Source: the human T2T-CHM13v2.0 reference genome, Homo sapiens
Assembly: GCF_009914755.1 (NCBI RefSeq)
Contig: NC_060930.1
Length of the DNA stretch: 64,000 nucleotides
Strand: one strand, 5' to 3'
A program made the position numbers and the translations under genes. The notes below the pieces were generated by a model that made no database searches, was not told the DNA's origin, and worked only from the letters and a program-made list of their open reading frames with translations. Below, one piece after another: positions 13,806 through 29,284 of the stretch (position 1 is its first letter; each line of letters opens with the position of its first letter).

Positions 13806-15057
13806 GAAACCCAATTAGTCCATGTGAACATCCTCTATTACCAGTTTTTTTGTGTGATGTAAAATTGCTGGTATCTCTAAGAAGCTTCATTTTACTGGCT
13901 ATGTGTTTTGGCTATGGATTAAGGAGATTTCCCAAAATAGTTTTCTCTTTTAGTACAAATCTTTTTTAAAATACATAGTTAAAATGCATGTAAGTAAATA
14001 GCATTATCTTTGCAAAATGAAAGAGCTTTTTATTTTTATTCCAGAATGTAATGCGTTGTTTCTGAAAAACATTGTTTTATGTTAATGAGAAAAACCAGAC
14101 AGTATAATTGGTTGGAACATAAAGTCAGTAAAGCCAAGGTTCTGAGTTTATCTGAGGAAACAACTTTTTTCAGTAATCTCAGACCAGCTATTCAAGAGCT
14201 ATCTCACAAACCATGCCATTGTCATGATAGAGACATTGCTGATAACACAACATAAACCCATAACCCCTACTTGAAAAACAGCAAGAAGTTCATGTTCTTT
14301 TGGTGTTTGTTCATTTATTTTCTCATTACCTGAAATGTAATATATCCATTAATACCATAGATTTTTTAAAAAGCTAAATGTTTGTAGCTATAAGCAACAT
14401 TGAAGATTATAGATAGCATTTGTTTTGTTAGATAAGATTAAAAAGAAACACAATGTAGGACAAATTGAAAAAGTAAACCAAGGTGGTAGAAAACAGGAAC
14501 AAATATAATGCTAATTAGAATAAATGTAAATGGATTAAATTTACCAATCAAAAGATACAGCTTAGCAGATTACATTTGTAAAAATCTAGATAACAGTATA
14601 TCTTGTTTAGAGCCACACCTCAAACTTAAGGACATAAACACATTTAAAGGATGAGAAAGATGTATCTTGCAAATACCAAGAAAAAAAATAAAGCTGATGT
14701 AGCTGTATGTTAGTATCAGATAAAGTAGATTTGAAGACAAAGTATTATTTGGTTCGTAGAAGACAGAAAGGATTATTTGGTAAGCTGTAGTTTACCAAGA
14801 GCATATTTTAAATATGTATACACTTATTAATAGCATCACAATAAGTGAAGGAAACTAATAGAACTGAAAGGAAAAATTGATAAATCCATTGACATACTCA
14901 GACATTTTAACGACAGTCAGCAAAGATGTAGATGATCTGAGCAACACAATTAACAAGCTTGACCTAAAGGACATTTATAGGTTCTTAATTCACCAATTAG
15001 ACAACATACTTTTTTCTCAAACACAGAAGGGTTATAAAAATTGATCATATTCTAGGG

Positions 15058-15379
15058 CAGGATTCTGCAAACCTTTTCTGTGAAGGGTCAGATAGTAAAT
15101 ATTTTAGGTTTTGTGGACAAGGAGCCAAAATTGAGGATATTATATAGGTATCATATAACAAGAGGAAAATCAGATTTCCAAAAGATTTTTATTGACAAAA
15201 TTTAAAATTTGATTTATGAACACTGAAATTTGAATTTTATGTAATTTCAAATAACAAAATATCATTCTTCTTTTGATTTTTTTCTTCTCAACCACTTAAA
15301 ACCATTCTCAGTTTGTGGGCCATACAAAAATAGGTGACAGGTCAGATTTGGCTCACAGGCCATAGCTTGCCAATCCCTG
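15058..15379 (+). mobile_element. MER58B-like hAT-Charlie element
   Basis: Ends caggattctgcaaac...cttgccaatccctg; degenerate 8-bp target ttctaggg / ttctacga. Confidence 0.75.
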
Positions 15380-15476
15380 TTCTACGACTTAAATAAAAAA
15401 CAGATTTCCAGTGTCAGGCATGATGATTATAGACCACGATCTCTGAACACAGTGCAACTGGGTTAGAAGTTAATAA

Positions 15477-15812
<336 letters not shown>

Positions 15813-15908
15813 TAGGCATTTTAAAATATATTGTTAAATAGCTCATGGTTTACAGAATATGTTTAATAGACATTTATAAAATCCTAGATCTAAATTATAA
15901 TGAAAACA

Positions 15909-16970
<1,062 letters not shown>

Positions 16971-17501
16971 TTGTATACCGGAATTTGTGAGATATGATTA
17001 AAGTGGTGCTGTGAGAGAAATGTATATCCTTAATTACTTATATTAGCAATAAAACTGTGATCATTGGTCAGATAGGTATTTATCTTAAAATATTATTAAT
17101 TGAAAAGGAGAGTAAATCCAATGAAAGAAAAAGTAAGAAATAATAAAAATGAAAGTGAAAATTAGTACAATAGGGAAAAATGATAAGGTAGAGATCAACA
17201 AATCCAAAAATTAGTTCTTTGGAAACAAATCAACAAAATAGACAGATGTCTTGCAAAACTGATCAAGAGAAGAACACAGAAATAAACAATTTTATGAATG
17301 AAAAATTGGGCATAGCTATAAATAGAGATTACAAGGTAACCAAACGTAAATTATAAGATGCAGGTAGTTCAATGGGGGAAAGGTAAATCTTTTCAACAAA
17401 TGGTGCTGAAACAACTGAATATCTGTATTTTTTAAAAAGAAAACCTTGATTCTTACCTCACACCGTGCATAAAAATTAACTCTAGATGAATCAGAGATAA
17501 G

Positions 17502-18220
17502 TGATACGGCTCCAGTGAGTGGAGGAACACCAGGGTTCTTAATTCTCAGGCCAGTTTAGACAAAACACGGACACATGTGGAGCGGTTTTAAGGAGCGGAG
17601 AGTTTAATAGACAAGAAGGAAGCGGAAGGCAGAAGGAAGAGGCTCCCCCATACAGAGATAGAGGGAGAGGAGGCTCCAAAGCCGAAAGAGGAGGTCCCCA
17701 AGTGCGGTGGATACCAGCCAGGTCTATATGCAGAGGCTGAAGGAGGCGATGTCAGATTTGCATAGGGCTCAGGGGATTGGTTTGACCAGGCATGTGATTC
17801 ACCATGTAGCCTGCGGAAAACGCTGGCCCTCCCACCCCAGCCTTTAAATATGCAAATGCAGGACGCCAAGGATGTTCCACACACGTGGGGATATGTGGGG
17901 GCGGCCATGTTGCCAGGAACACCTGGGACAAGGGCAGGAAGGCGCCCGAATCGCCATGTTGGATGGACCCAGTTTCTAATGGTCTGCATTTGCATATCAA
18001 AGGTTGCTAGCCTGGCTCTAAGAAACTTACAGGCTCACGCCTGTAATCCAAGCTCTCAGGGAGGCAGAGGCCGGAGGATAGCTTGAGCCCAGGAAGTGGA
18101 GACCTGCCTGGGCAATACAGCAAGACCCCTTCCTCCACAAAAAAGAGGGGGGGGGGGGAAAGAAACCTTCCCAGGACCCCTTTTCCTCTCTATCTGCCTA
18201 CAATAATAACTCCTGCAACG
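17502..18220 (-). mobile_element. ERV1 solo LTR, LTR9-like, inserted in an old L1
   Basis: tgatacggctcc...tcctgcaacg; 4-bp TSD TAAG at 17498-17501 and 18221-18224; flanking L1 reads through when it is removed. Confidence 0.7.
18032..18160 (+). pseudogene. BC200 (BCYRN1) retrocopy, truncated at both ends, inside the LTR9-like element
   Basis: BC200-type positions: agctctcagggaggc, ggaggatagcttgagcccagga, gagacctgcctgggcaata, ending ctccacaaaaaag; aagaaac on both sides. Confidence 0.8.
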
Positions 18221-18344
18221 TAAGTGTAAAAGCTAAACCTCTAGAAGTCTTTGCAGCCTGGGGCTAAATAAAGATTTCTTAGACTGGATGCAGAAAACGT
18301 GATCCATAAAAGAAAAAACTTGATATTAGACTTCATCGAAATTT

Positions 18345-18615
18345 AATGATACGAAGTTACAGTTAGACAGGAAAATAAGTTTTGGTGTTCTGTTACACAG
18401 TAGAGTAAGTATAGCAAATAACAATGTAGAGCATATTTCAAGATTGCTAGAAGAGAAAATGTTAAGTATTGTCACCACAAAGAAATGATAAATGTTTAAC
18501 ATGATATGGCATTAACTCTGATTTGATCATTATACTATGTATTCATGCATTGAAACATCACATTGTACTCTATACATATATACAGTTATTATGGGCCAAT
18601 TATAAATTAAATTTT
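18345..18615 (+). mobile_element. L1MA-type 3' end
   Basis: gttacagttagacaggaaaataagttttggtgttct...ctgatttgatcattatac. Confidence 0.7.
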
Positions 18616-18622
18616 TTCTTAA

Positions 18623-18959
<337 letters not shown>

Positions 18960-19146
18960 AACTTCTTCTCTTTGGAAGATACCATTAAAAAAATGAAAAG
19001 GCAAGCCAAAGACTGGAGAAAATATTTGAAGTACACATATCTGATAAAGGATTATATCTAGAATTTATAGAGAAATTTTATGACAGTAAGAAGGTGAAAA
19101 CTGATATTTACTATATATTTTTAAAATATATTTGCCCGTGTTCATA

Positions 19147-19777
<631 letters not shown>

Positions 19778-19891
19778 TATATGGAAAGAGATTTGAACAG
19801 ATATACCCCAAAAGATGTGTAGATGATCAATCAACACATGAAATGATGCCCAACATATTAGTCATTATGGAAATGCAAGTTAGACAATGTC

Positions 19892-20209
<318 letters not shown>

Positions 20210-20245
20210 CTACTAGAATAGTTAAAATTAAAATGACTGACAACA

Positions 20246-20550
<305 letters not shown>

Positions 20551-20589
20551 GGCAGCCGACGCAAGTGTAAAATGACGTAACCACTTAGT

Positions 20590-20906
20590 TTTTTTGTTTC
20601 TGTTTTAGGTTTTTTTTTGTTTGTTTTGTTTTGTTTTTTTGAGACGGAGTCCCACTCTGTTGCCCAGGCTGGAGTGCACGATCTTGGCTCTCTGCAACCT
20701 CCACCTCCCGGGTTCAAGCGATTCTCCTATTTTAGCCTTCTGAGTAGCTAGGATTACAGGCACCTGACACAACCCCAGGCTAGTTTTTGTATTTTTAGTA
20801 GAGATGGGAAACCCATCTCTGGTCTCGAACTCTTGAGCTCCAGGTGTCCACCCATTTTGGCCTCCCAAAGTGTTGGGATTATAGGCGTGAGCCACCTCGC
20901 CCTGCC
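20590..20906 (-). mobile_element. Alu with small internal deletions
   Basis: T-rich tail followed by the dimer. Confidence 0.85.
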
Positions 20907-22100
20907 CTGTTTTTTGACTTTTTAATCGTAGCCATTCCAACTGATGTGAGATGGTGTCTCATTGTGTTTTTGATTTGCATTTCTCTAATCAGTGAAGTTG
21001 AGCCTTTTTAAATATGCTTGTTGGCTGCATGTATGACTTCTTTTGAAAAGTGTCAGTTCTTATTTTTTGTCCACTTTTTAATGGGGTTGTTTTCTTGTAA
21101 ATTCGTTTAAGTATCCTTATAGATGCTGTATATTAGACCTTTGTCAGATGCGTACTTTGTAAAATTTTTCTCCCATTCTGTAGATTGTCTATTTACTTTA
21201 TTGATAGTTTCTTTTGCTGTTCTGAAGCTCTTTAGTTCAACTAGATCTTGTTTATCAATTTTTGCTTTTGTTGCTATTGCTTTTGGTATCTTCATCATGA
21301 AATCTTTGCCCGTTCCTATGTCCAGAATGGTATTGCCTAGATTGTCTTCAGAGGTTTTTATTGTTTGGGTTTTTACATTTAAGTCTTTAATCTTGAGTTG
21401 ATTTTTGTATATTGTATAAGAAAGGGGTCCAGTTTCAACATTCTGCATATGGCTACCCAGTTATCCCAGCACCATTTATTGAATAGGGAGTCCTTTCCCC
21501 GTTGTTTTTGTCAGCTTTGTCAAAGATCAGATGGTTGTAAATATGCAGCCTTATTTCTGGGTTCTCTGTTCTGTTCCATTGGTCTGTGTGTCGTTTTTGT
21601 ACCAGTACCATGCTGTTTTGGTTACTGTAGCCCTGTAGTATAGTTTGAAGTCAGGTAGCATGATGCCTCCAGCTTTGTTCTTTTTGCTTAGGATTGCCTT
21701 GGATCTTTGGGCTCTTTTTTGGTTCCATATGAATTTAAAAATAGTTTTTTTCTGGTTCTATGAAGAATGTCATTGGTAGTTTGATAGGAATAGCATTACA
21801 TCTGTAAACTGTTTTGGGTAGTATGGCCCTTTTAGTGATATTGATTCTTCCTATCCGTGAGCATGTAGTATGTTTCCATTTGTTTGTGTCATCTCTGATT
21901 TCTTTGAGCAGTGTTTTGTAGTTCTCTTTGTAGAGATCCTTCACCTCACTGGTTATCTGTATTCCTAGGCATTTTATTCTTTTTGTTTCAGTTGTGAATG
22001 AGAGTTTGTTCCTGATTTGGCTCTTGGTTTGGCTGTTGTTTGTGTGTAGGAATGCTAGTGATTTTTGTATGTTGATTTCGTATCCTGAGACTTTGCTGAA
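20907..22100 (-). mobile_element. Primate L1 (older L1PA/PB) ORF2 3' fragment, frameshifted
   Basis: Minus-strand ORFs read [14 protein letters not shown]...[21 protein letters not shown] and [11 protein letters not shown]...ASDKGLI, typical L1 ORF2p. Confidence 0.9.
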
Positions 22101-22398
22101 TAGCAATTTGGATAGACAAATTATGGTATATTCATACAACGGAATAATATGTATAAAAAGGAATGAACTACTGACACACGGAATTCAGATGACACTCAAC
22201 ATCTTTATACTGAGTAAAAGTAGTCAGACAGAGAAGTTGAACATACTATATGGTACCATTCGTGCAAAATTCTAGAATGAACAACCAGTGACAGAAAGCA
22301 GATCACTGTTTGCCTAGGACTAGGGTTGGGGATTGACTTCTGGGGCGAGGAGGGACTTTACTGCATGTAAATTATACCTTAATAAAGTTGATTTTTAA

Positions 22399-22801
<403 letters not shown>

Positions 22802-22849
22802 CCTAAAATTACCAGAACTGACTCAAGAAGTAAAAAGGTTGAAAGTTTA

Positions 22850-23152
<303 letters not shown>

Positions 23153-23769
23153 TTAGTACTAGGACTATTAAATTGAATAAGTGGTTAATAATCTTCCCAT
23201 TACAAAAATACATAGTCAGATGATTTGGCAGGCTTGTCTACCAAACTTTCAAGCAACAAATCATCTGTTTATACAAATTCTTCTGGGCATTGAAGAAAGA
23301 GGGACTACTTCAGCTCATCTTGAGAGGGTAACGTAACCCTGCTAAATCCAGAGACGCACATTACCAAAACAAAATCACAGGTCTACTACATTCATGAATG
23401 CAGATGCAGAAAATCTAAAGACACTAGCAAATCAGCTTCAACTGTGCATATAAAAGACAATACCTCTAAATTGGACTCTGGTAGGTATGCAAGAATAGTA
23501 TGATATGTAAAAATCCATACAAATAACTTACCACAATAGATTAGTAGAGGGAAAAATGTGGTCATTTGAATAGATGCAATAGCATTTGATAAACTTAACA
23601 CTCAAGTATAAGTAATGTTTTTCAGTTAGATTTTTTTTTTTCTTCATTCTGATTGAGGGGGTATTGTTAGCAAGACTGAGGGGCAATATAATCAGAAACT
23701 TAGAGCTTTACTGTTTTGGTAAGGGACCAACAGACTCTGATGGAGAATCTATTACTAACCATAAGTGAG

Positions 23770-23985
23770 AGGCAGTGTAACAGTGGTTGAAAGGAAAGAC
23801 CCTGTAGCCAGATATTCCTGGGATTTTTCCTGTTTCTGTCTCTTGCCTGCTATGTTGACTGAGTCTTCTCTGTAGATGAGAACAATAATACCTTCCGCAG
23901 ACTGTTGACTTGAGGCTTAATGAATTAATATACATGAAACATACAGAACACTGGTGATGCACAGTATGCACTGAAGTCAGTTTCA
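23770..23985 (+). mobile_element. MIR
   Basis: gaggcagtgtaacagtggttg...ctgtagatgagaacaataataccttc. Confidence 0.55.
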
Positions 23986-24002
23986 ATCATTTTTCTTAAA
24001 AA

Positions 24003-24591
<589 letters not shown>

Positions 24592-24711
24592 TCAGTAACG
24601 TTTTTATAGCTTTCAAATAACATATGTTATATTTTAAGGCCATCTCCATCTTAGCCAAAAGTCTAAGTTAATGACTATGTCTAGACTTTGATAAAATGTT
24701 TTCCTTTTCAG

Positions 24712-24753
24712 ATTACAAATTGACTCTTTTCTGTGTGTGTCCCCAAGGTGAGT
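24712..24753 (+). promoter_or_regulatory. Candidate dual-use splice junction: upstream acceptor (tgttttccttttcag|, 24711/24712), 36-nt segment, then AAG|GTGAGT at 24747/24748
   Basis: Both motifs are read directly from the sequence; usage is not demonstrated. Confidence 0.45.
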
Positions 24754-24909
24754 GATTTCACGTGGAGCCATGATGGAACTCAAGCACTTATTTCCTATCG
24801 AGATGGGTTTGTCCTGGTTGGGTCTGTCAGTGGACAAAGACACTGGTCATCCGAAATCAACTTGGAAAGTCAAATTACGTGTGGCATATGGACTCCTGAC
24901 GACCAACAG
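24748..24909 (+). CDS. TULP4: TULP4 internal coding exon (probably exon 3), 162 nt, VSDFTWSHDGTQALISYRDGFVLVGSVSGQRHWSSEINLESQITCGIWTPDDQQ
   Basis: Acceptor ttgactcttttctgtgtgtgtccccaag|GTG and donor CAG|gtaaca; 54 codons, phase 0/0; WD40-like W-S-x-D-G and W-T-P-D motifs. Confidence 0.95.
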
Positions 24910-25475
24910 GTAACACTTCTGAAATGTGGTGGGTGTGTGACGTTAAAACCATGAGGGCTGGGAGGGAAGAAAGGGGCAGGAGAGGGGAGCTGGTGCAAAA
25001 GCCTCTTTAAGAATCACAATGGAAAAGAACAATAAAACTGTCCAGGTAAAAATTAAAATAAAAATTCTAAATGAACCATAAATTGGAAAAACAACATTTC
25101 CCACCAATATGGTAACATTAAGTTAACATTTTAATTATATAAAATGTTCATACAATTTTATTAATAAAATCTGCATAAATATGCAGTTGATATTAGATAT
25201 CAAGTAAGTTGATACTAAGCTTAAAAAAAATCAGGATAGGAAATGGGATGTTTGGTATATTGCTACATCGTAAGACAACAAAGAAGCCCATCCACATGGT
25301 AAAAAGCTGGAGGGAAGTGAATCAAAAAATTATAAGCAATTATTTTATAGTAATGAGCCTCTGGTTCGTTTTTTAAAAATTGAATTTCAAAATGTTCTTT
25401 AATGTGCCTATTTGACTTTCATGAGAAAATAACATATAATAACAATAAAATTCTATATTGATAATTCATTTTGGA

Positions 25476-25775
25476 GGCCAGGCACGGTGGCTCACGCCTG
25501 TAATCCCAACACTTTGGGAGGTGGAGGCGGGTGGATCACCTAAGGTCAGGATTTCGAGACCAGCCTGACCAATATGGTGAAACCCTGTCTCTACTAAAAA
25601 AAAAATACAAAAATTAGCCAGGCATGATGGCGGGCGCCTGTAATGCCAGCTGCTTGGAGGCTGAGACAGGAGAATTGCTTGAACTGGGAGGTGGAGGTTG
25701 CAGTGAGCCAGGATTGTGCCACTGCGCTCCAGCCTGGGTGACAGAGCGATACTCCATCTCAAAAATGAAATGAAA
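25476..25775 (+). mobile_element. AluS
   Basis: Full dimer. Confidence 0.9.
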
Positions 25776-27005
25776 ATTTTTAAAGTATAAGGATTGACTA
25801 GTTAAAATCTTTATAAAACTTGTGTTTTCCATGTATAGCAGAATACATATAATGCCAGAATGTTTTATCCCAGAGATTTAAGTTTATTATTGGTAAAAAA
25901 CCAAGCAGTATAATATGGAACCGTAACTTTCATTTTTGAGCCACTTTTTTTTAACTGAATTGCTTTCCTCTAGTCACTATATATTTAATGTTTCCATTTT
26001 TCAAGTAAAAAGACAAATATTTTTTCTCTTCTCAAAATTGGTATTATGAGATTTATGAAAAGGTATTTTCAGCTCCATGTTTCTTCCCTTGCTTTCCCCA
26101 GAGGCTTCCAATTATCCCCTAGTATTTGTGTGTATTTATATGAAATGCTTAGATTCCTTTATTATAAAGCTGCATTTTTATGGGTTTTTACTACCCCCGA
26201 GTCTCAGAAGTGCGTTGCATTAAGTGACCTTGCCCGAGGCACCTGATCTTTCCTGTATCAGTTTCTCCTGTGTGACAAGGACTGTGTATTATTTCCTGCC
26301 TAATCCCCAGGGCTTTTTAATGATCAAATGAAGGAACAGATGTGAAAGCCCTTAAAAATCCAGGAGTGGATGTCTTGGCTTCACATTCTTCCCTCGCCTA
26401 GAGTGATGGAACCCATGAGCCATCTGTGAGGCTCATCTCATGGTCCTCTGATGAGTTGTGCCAGCCAGTGTCCCCAGCAGACTGTGCACATGTAGGACAG
26501 GCAGGGGACCCACTGGGGATACAGCAGTGAGAGAGACGCAGCTCTTGCCTTTGAGGTACAATTGGACCTGTTGAGGAGACAGACCTCTCCTTACACAGAA
26601 TCTGCTGCCGTGGCTTGGCAACGTGTGGAGGAGGACTTCCCAGGAAGGGCTGGCTGTGACTCCCAAGTCGAATCTGGGGTACGTTGTTCCAGGCAGCCCG
26701 AGCAGAGTTCCAGGGTATTGACACCATGGTGTGCACGTACCACAGGGAGTGGTTTCCTGCTGCCGTGGAACGTGAAGGGGGACTCCTGGGGCTGGAGGAG
26801 TCAGTAGGACAATGGCCATGGGAAGCATGGAGGCCATGCTGACGTGCCTGGCCTTGAGTCTGTAGACCTTGGCGTGAGGAAAGAGCTGATGTGGCAAGCA
26901 ATTGGGTACGTGGCCGCAGCCTCTGTCCTGATGACTGCTTTTACTAACAGGTGGGATTTTGTTCTAGGAAAGCGCCCCCACTGCCTTTAAATAAAATGGT
27001 TGCAG

Positions 27006-27142
27006 CAGGGTGCCTGTTGTCTCAGCTAGTCAGGAGGCTGAGGTGGGAGGCTCACTTGAGCCCAGGAGTTCTCGAGACCAGCCTAGGCAACATAGCAGGA
27101 CCCCATCTCTGAAAAAAAAAAAAATTAAAAAAAAAAAAAAAA
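27006..27142 (+). mobile_element. Free left Alu monomer (FLAM-like)
   Basis: Single monomer with A tail. Confidence 0.75.
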
Positions 27143-27595
27143 GGATTTGCAGGTCACTGAAGCAATAAGGACCCTGGGAAAAATTTACCACAGAGAACAT
27201 GTGTATCAGGCACTCAGTCTTGTTTGAACTGAGACATAGAGCAGGAATACTCCTCCTCCTGTCTCTACCACTCATTCACATCTCTTGCTTGGTTTGATTT
27301 TATCAATGAAAAAAGAGTCCATAGACAGGTTGTGGGCCAGCCTGATGTCTGTAATGTCAGGAGTTGGATGTGGAAAGCGCACCCCTGCAGCTCAGGGGCT
27401 CTGAACGGTGGACATGAAGGTAGAGCTGCAGGAAGCCGGATGAGTCTCTTCCTGCTTCCCTGAGAACTTTCTGCCTTTAATGTGAGTTAAAATAGCTTCC
27501 AGGAGTAAACCTCTTCCTCACATCTTGAGCTATATTGGATTATAGTGGGATTTTAGGCTACTTCCTGTCAACTTTAAAAAATATAAGCAGTGCAT

Positions 27596-27755
27596 GGCTG
27601 GGCACGGTGGCTCACGCCTGTAATCCCAGCACTTTGGGAGGCCAAGGCGGGTGGATCATGAGGTCAGGAGATTGAGACCATCCTGGCCAACATGGTGAAA
27701 CCCCGTCTGTACTAAAAATAGAAAAATTAGCTGGGCATAGTGGCATGTGCCTGTA
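27596..27755 (+). mobile_element. 3'-truncated Alu
   Basis: Left arm plus the start of the right arm, stops at gtgcctgta. Confidence 0.85.
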
Positions 27756-28448
27756 TTGTGCGCTGTTTTGCCAACTTTCTATTATGAATATGTTCAAATG
27801 TACAGAAAAGTTGAGAAAATAAACCTTCCTGAAACATTTTGCCATATTTGCACTTTTTCCTCACCACTCCCCACTTTTTTGTAGTTCTTGTTTTTGAAAG
27901 TAAGTGGTAGACATCGTGGCACATCACCCTTATATATTTCAACATGTGTTTCCTGAGAATAAAGCCTTTCACCTGCACAGGCACCCCTAAGAAATTAGCA
28001 ATGACATTATCTGGTATCTAGGCTACCTTTTTATTTCCCTAATTGTTACAGGAATGTATTTCATAGTCTTTTTTGGTTTTTTGGAACCAGGATCCAGTTT
28101 AATTCATGTACAGCAGTTGGTTGTTCTGTCTCTACAGTCTTTTAGTCTAGAACAGTTTCCCGTTTTTTAAATTGACTTTTTCATGAGGTCAGTGTGGCCA
28201 CCTTACACGCTGTCCCCACACTCTAGATTTGTCTGATTGTGTTTACTTATAGTATCATTTTCCTTCCGGCCCTTGTATTTCCTATAAACTGGAAGTTAAG
28301 TCTAGACTAGAGTTGGAGTAAACAATTTTGGCAAGAATACTTTAAAGGTAACATATTCTTTACTCTGAACCACACTAAAAAGTGTATAATGTCTCATCCT
28401 AGTCTGAGGGTTGCTGAGTTTAATGGAACCTTTGTAAAAACAAAAGTT

Positions 28449-28729
28449 GCTAGGCGCAGTGGCTCACGCCTGTAATCCCAACACTTTGGGAGGCCGAGGC
28501 AGGTAGATCACGAGGTCAGGAGATCGAGACCATCCTGGCTAACACGGTGAAACCCGTCTACTAAAAATACAAAAAATTAGCCAGGCGTGGTGGCACGTGC
28601 CTGTAGTCCCAGCTACTCCGGAGGCTGAGGCAGGAGAATTACTTGAACCCAGGAGGCATTGCAGTGAACCGAGATGGCGCCATTGCACTCCAGCCTGGTA
28701 ACAAGAGGGAAACTCTGTCTCAAAAAAAA
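28449..28729 (+). mobile_element. Alu (Sc/Y-like)
   Basis: Dimer flanked by aaaagtt. Confidence 0.9.
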
Positions 28730-28882
28730 GTTATTTTTCACAGCATGTTGTTAATGTCATCTACACTTAAACAGCTGATTTGTTCAAAGGATGTGTTTTA
28801 CTTCAGGCTAAAATTCATCTTCCATTAAATTGCAAGAAGGGAATGTAATCCTACCTGGAATTTATTTAGTGGGTGAGGACTC

Positions 28883-29284
28883 TGTATTAGTTTGCTTGGG
28901 CTGCCATGACAGAATATCACAGACTGGGCGGTTTCAACAACAGAAGTGTATTTCTCACAGTTCTTCTGGAGGCTAGAAGTCCAAGATCAAGGTGTTGGCA
29001 GGTCTCATTTCTCCTGAGGCCTGTCTCCTTGGCTTACAGACACCTGCCTTCTTATTGTGTTCTCACGTGGACTTTTCTCTGTGCACCCACATTTCTGGTG
29101 TCTCTTCCTCTTCCTGTAAGGACACCAGTCCTGTTGGATTAGGTTCCCACCCATATTACCTCATTTAACTGTAGTTACCTCTTTACAGGCCCCATCTCCA
29201 AAAATAGTCACATTTGGGGTTCAACACATTTGTTCAACAAAATTCAACATATGAGTTTTGGGGCACACAATTCAGTCCATAATA
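28883..29284 (-). mobile_element. MaLR LTR (MLT1B/C-like)
   Basis: tgtattagtttgcttgggctgccatgacag...cacaattcagtccataata. Confidence 0.8.

Noticed and set aside
21107-22139. Minus-strand ORFs resembling a reverse-transcriptase-associated protein
   Set aside because: They are broken fragments of L1 ORF2 with no intact element.
26398-26901. 167-aa and 154-aa overlapping minus-strand ORFs
   Set aside because: No recognisable domain, low-complexity composition and no splice or promoter support; expected by chance in GC-richer sequence.
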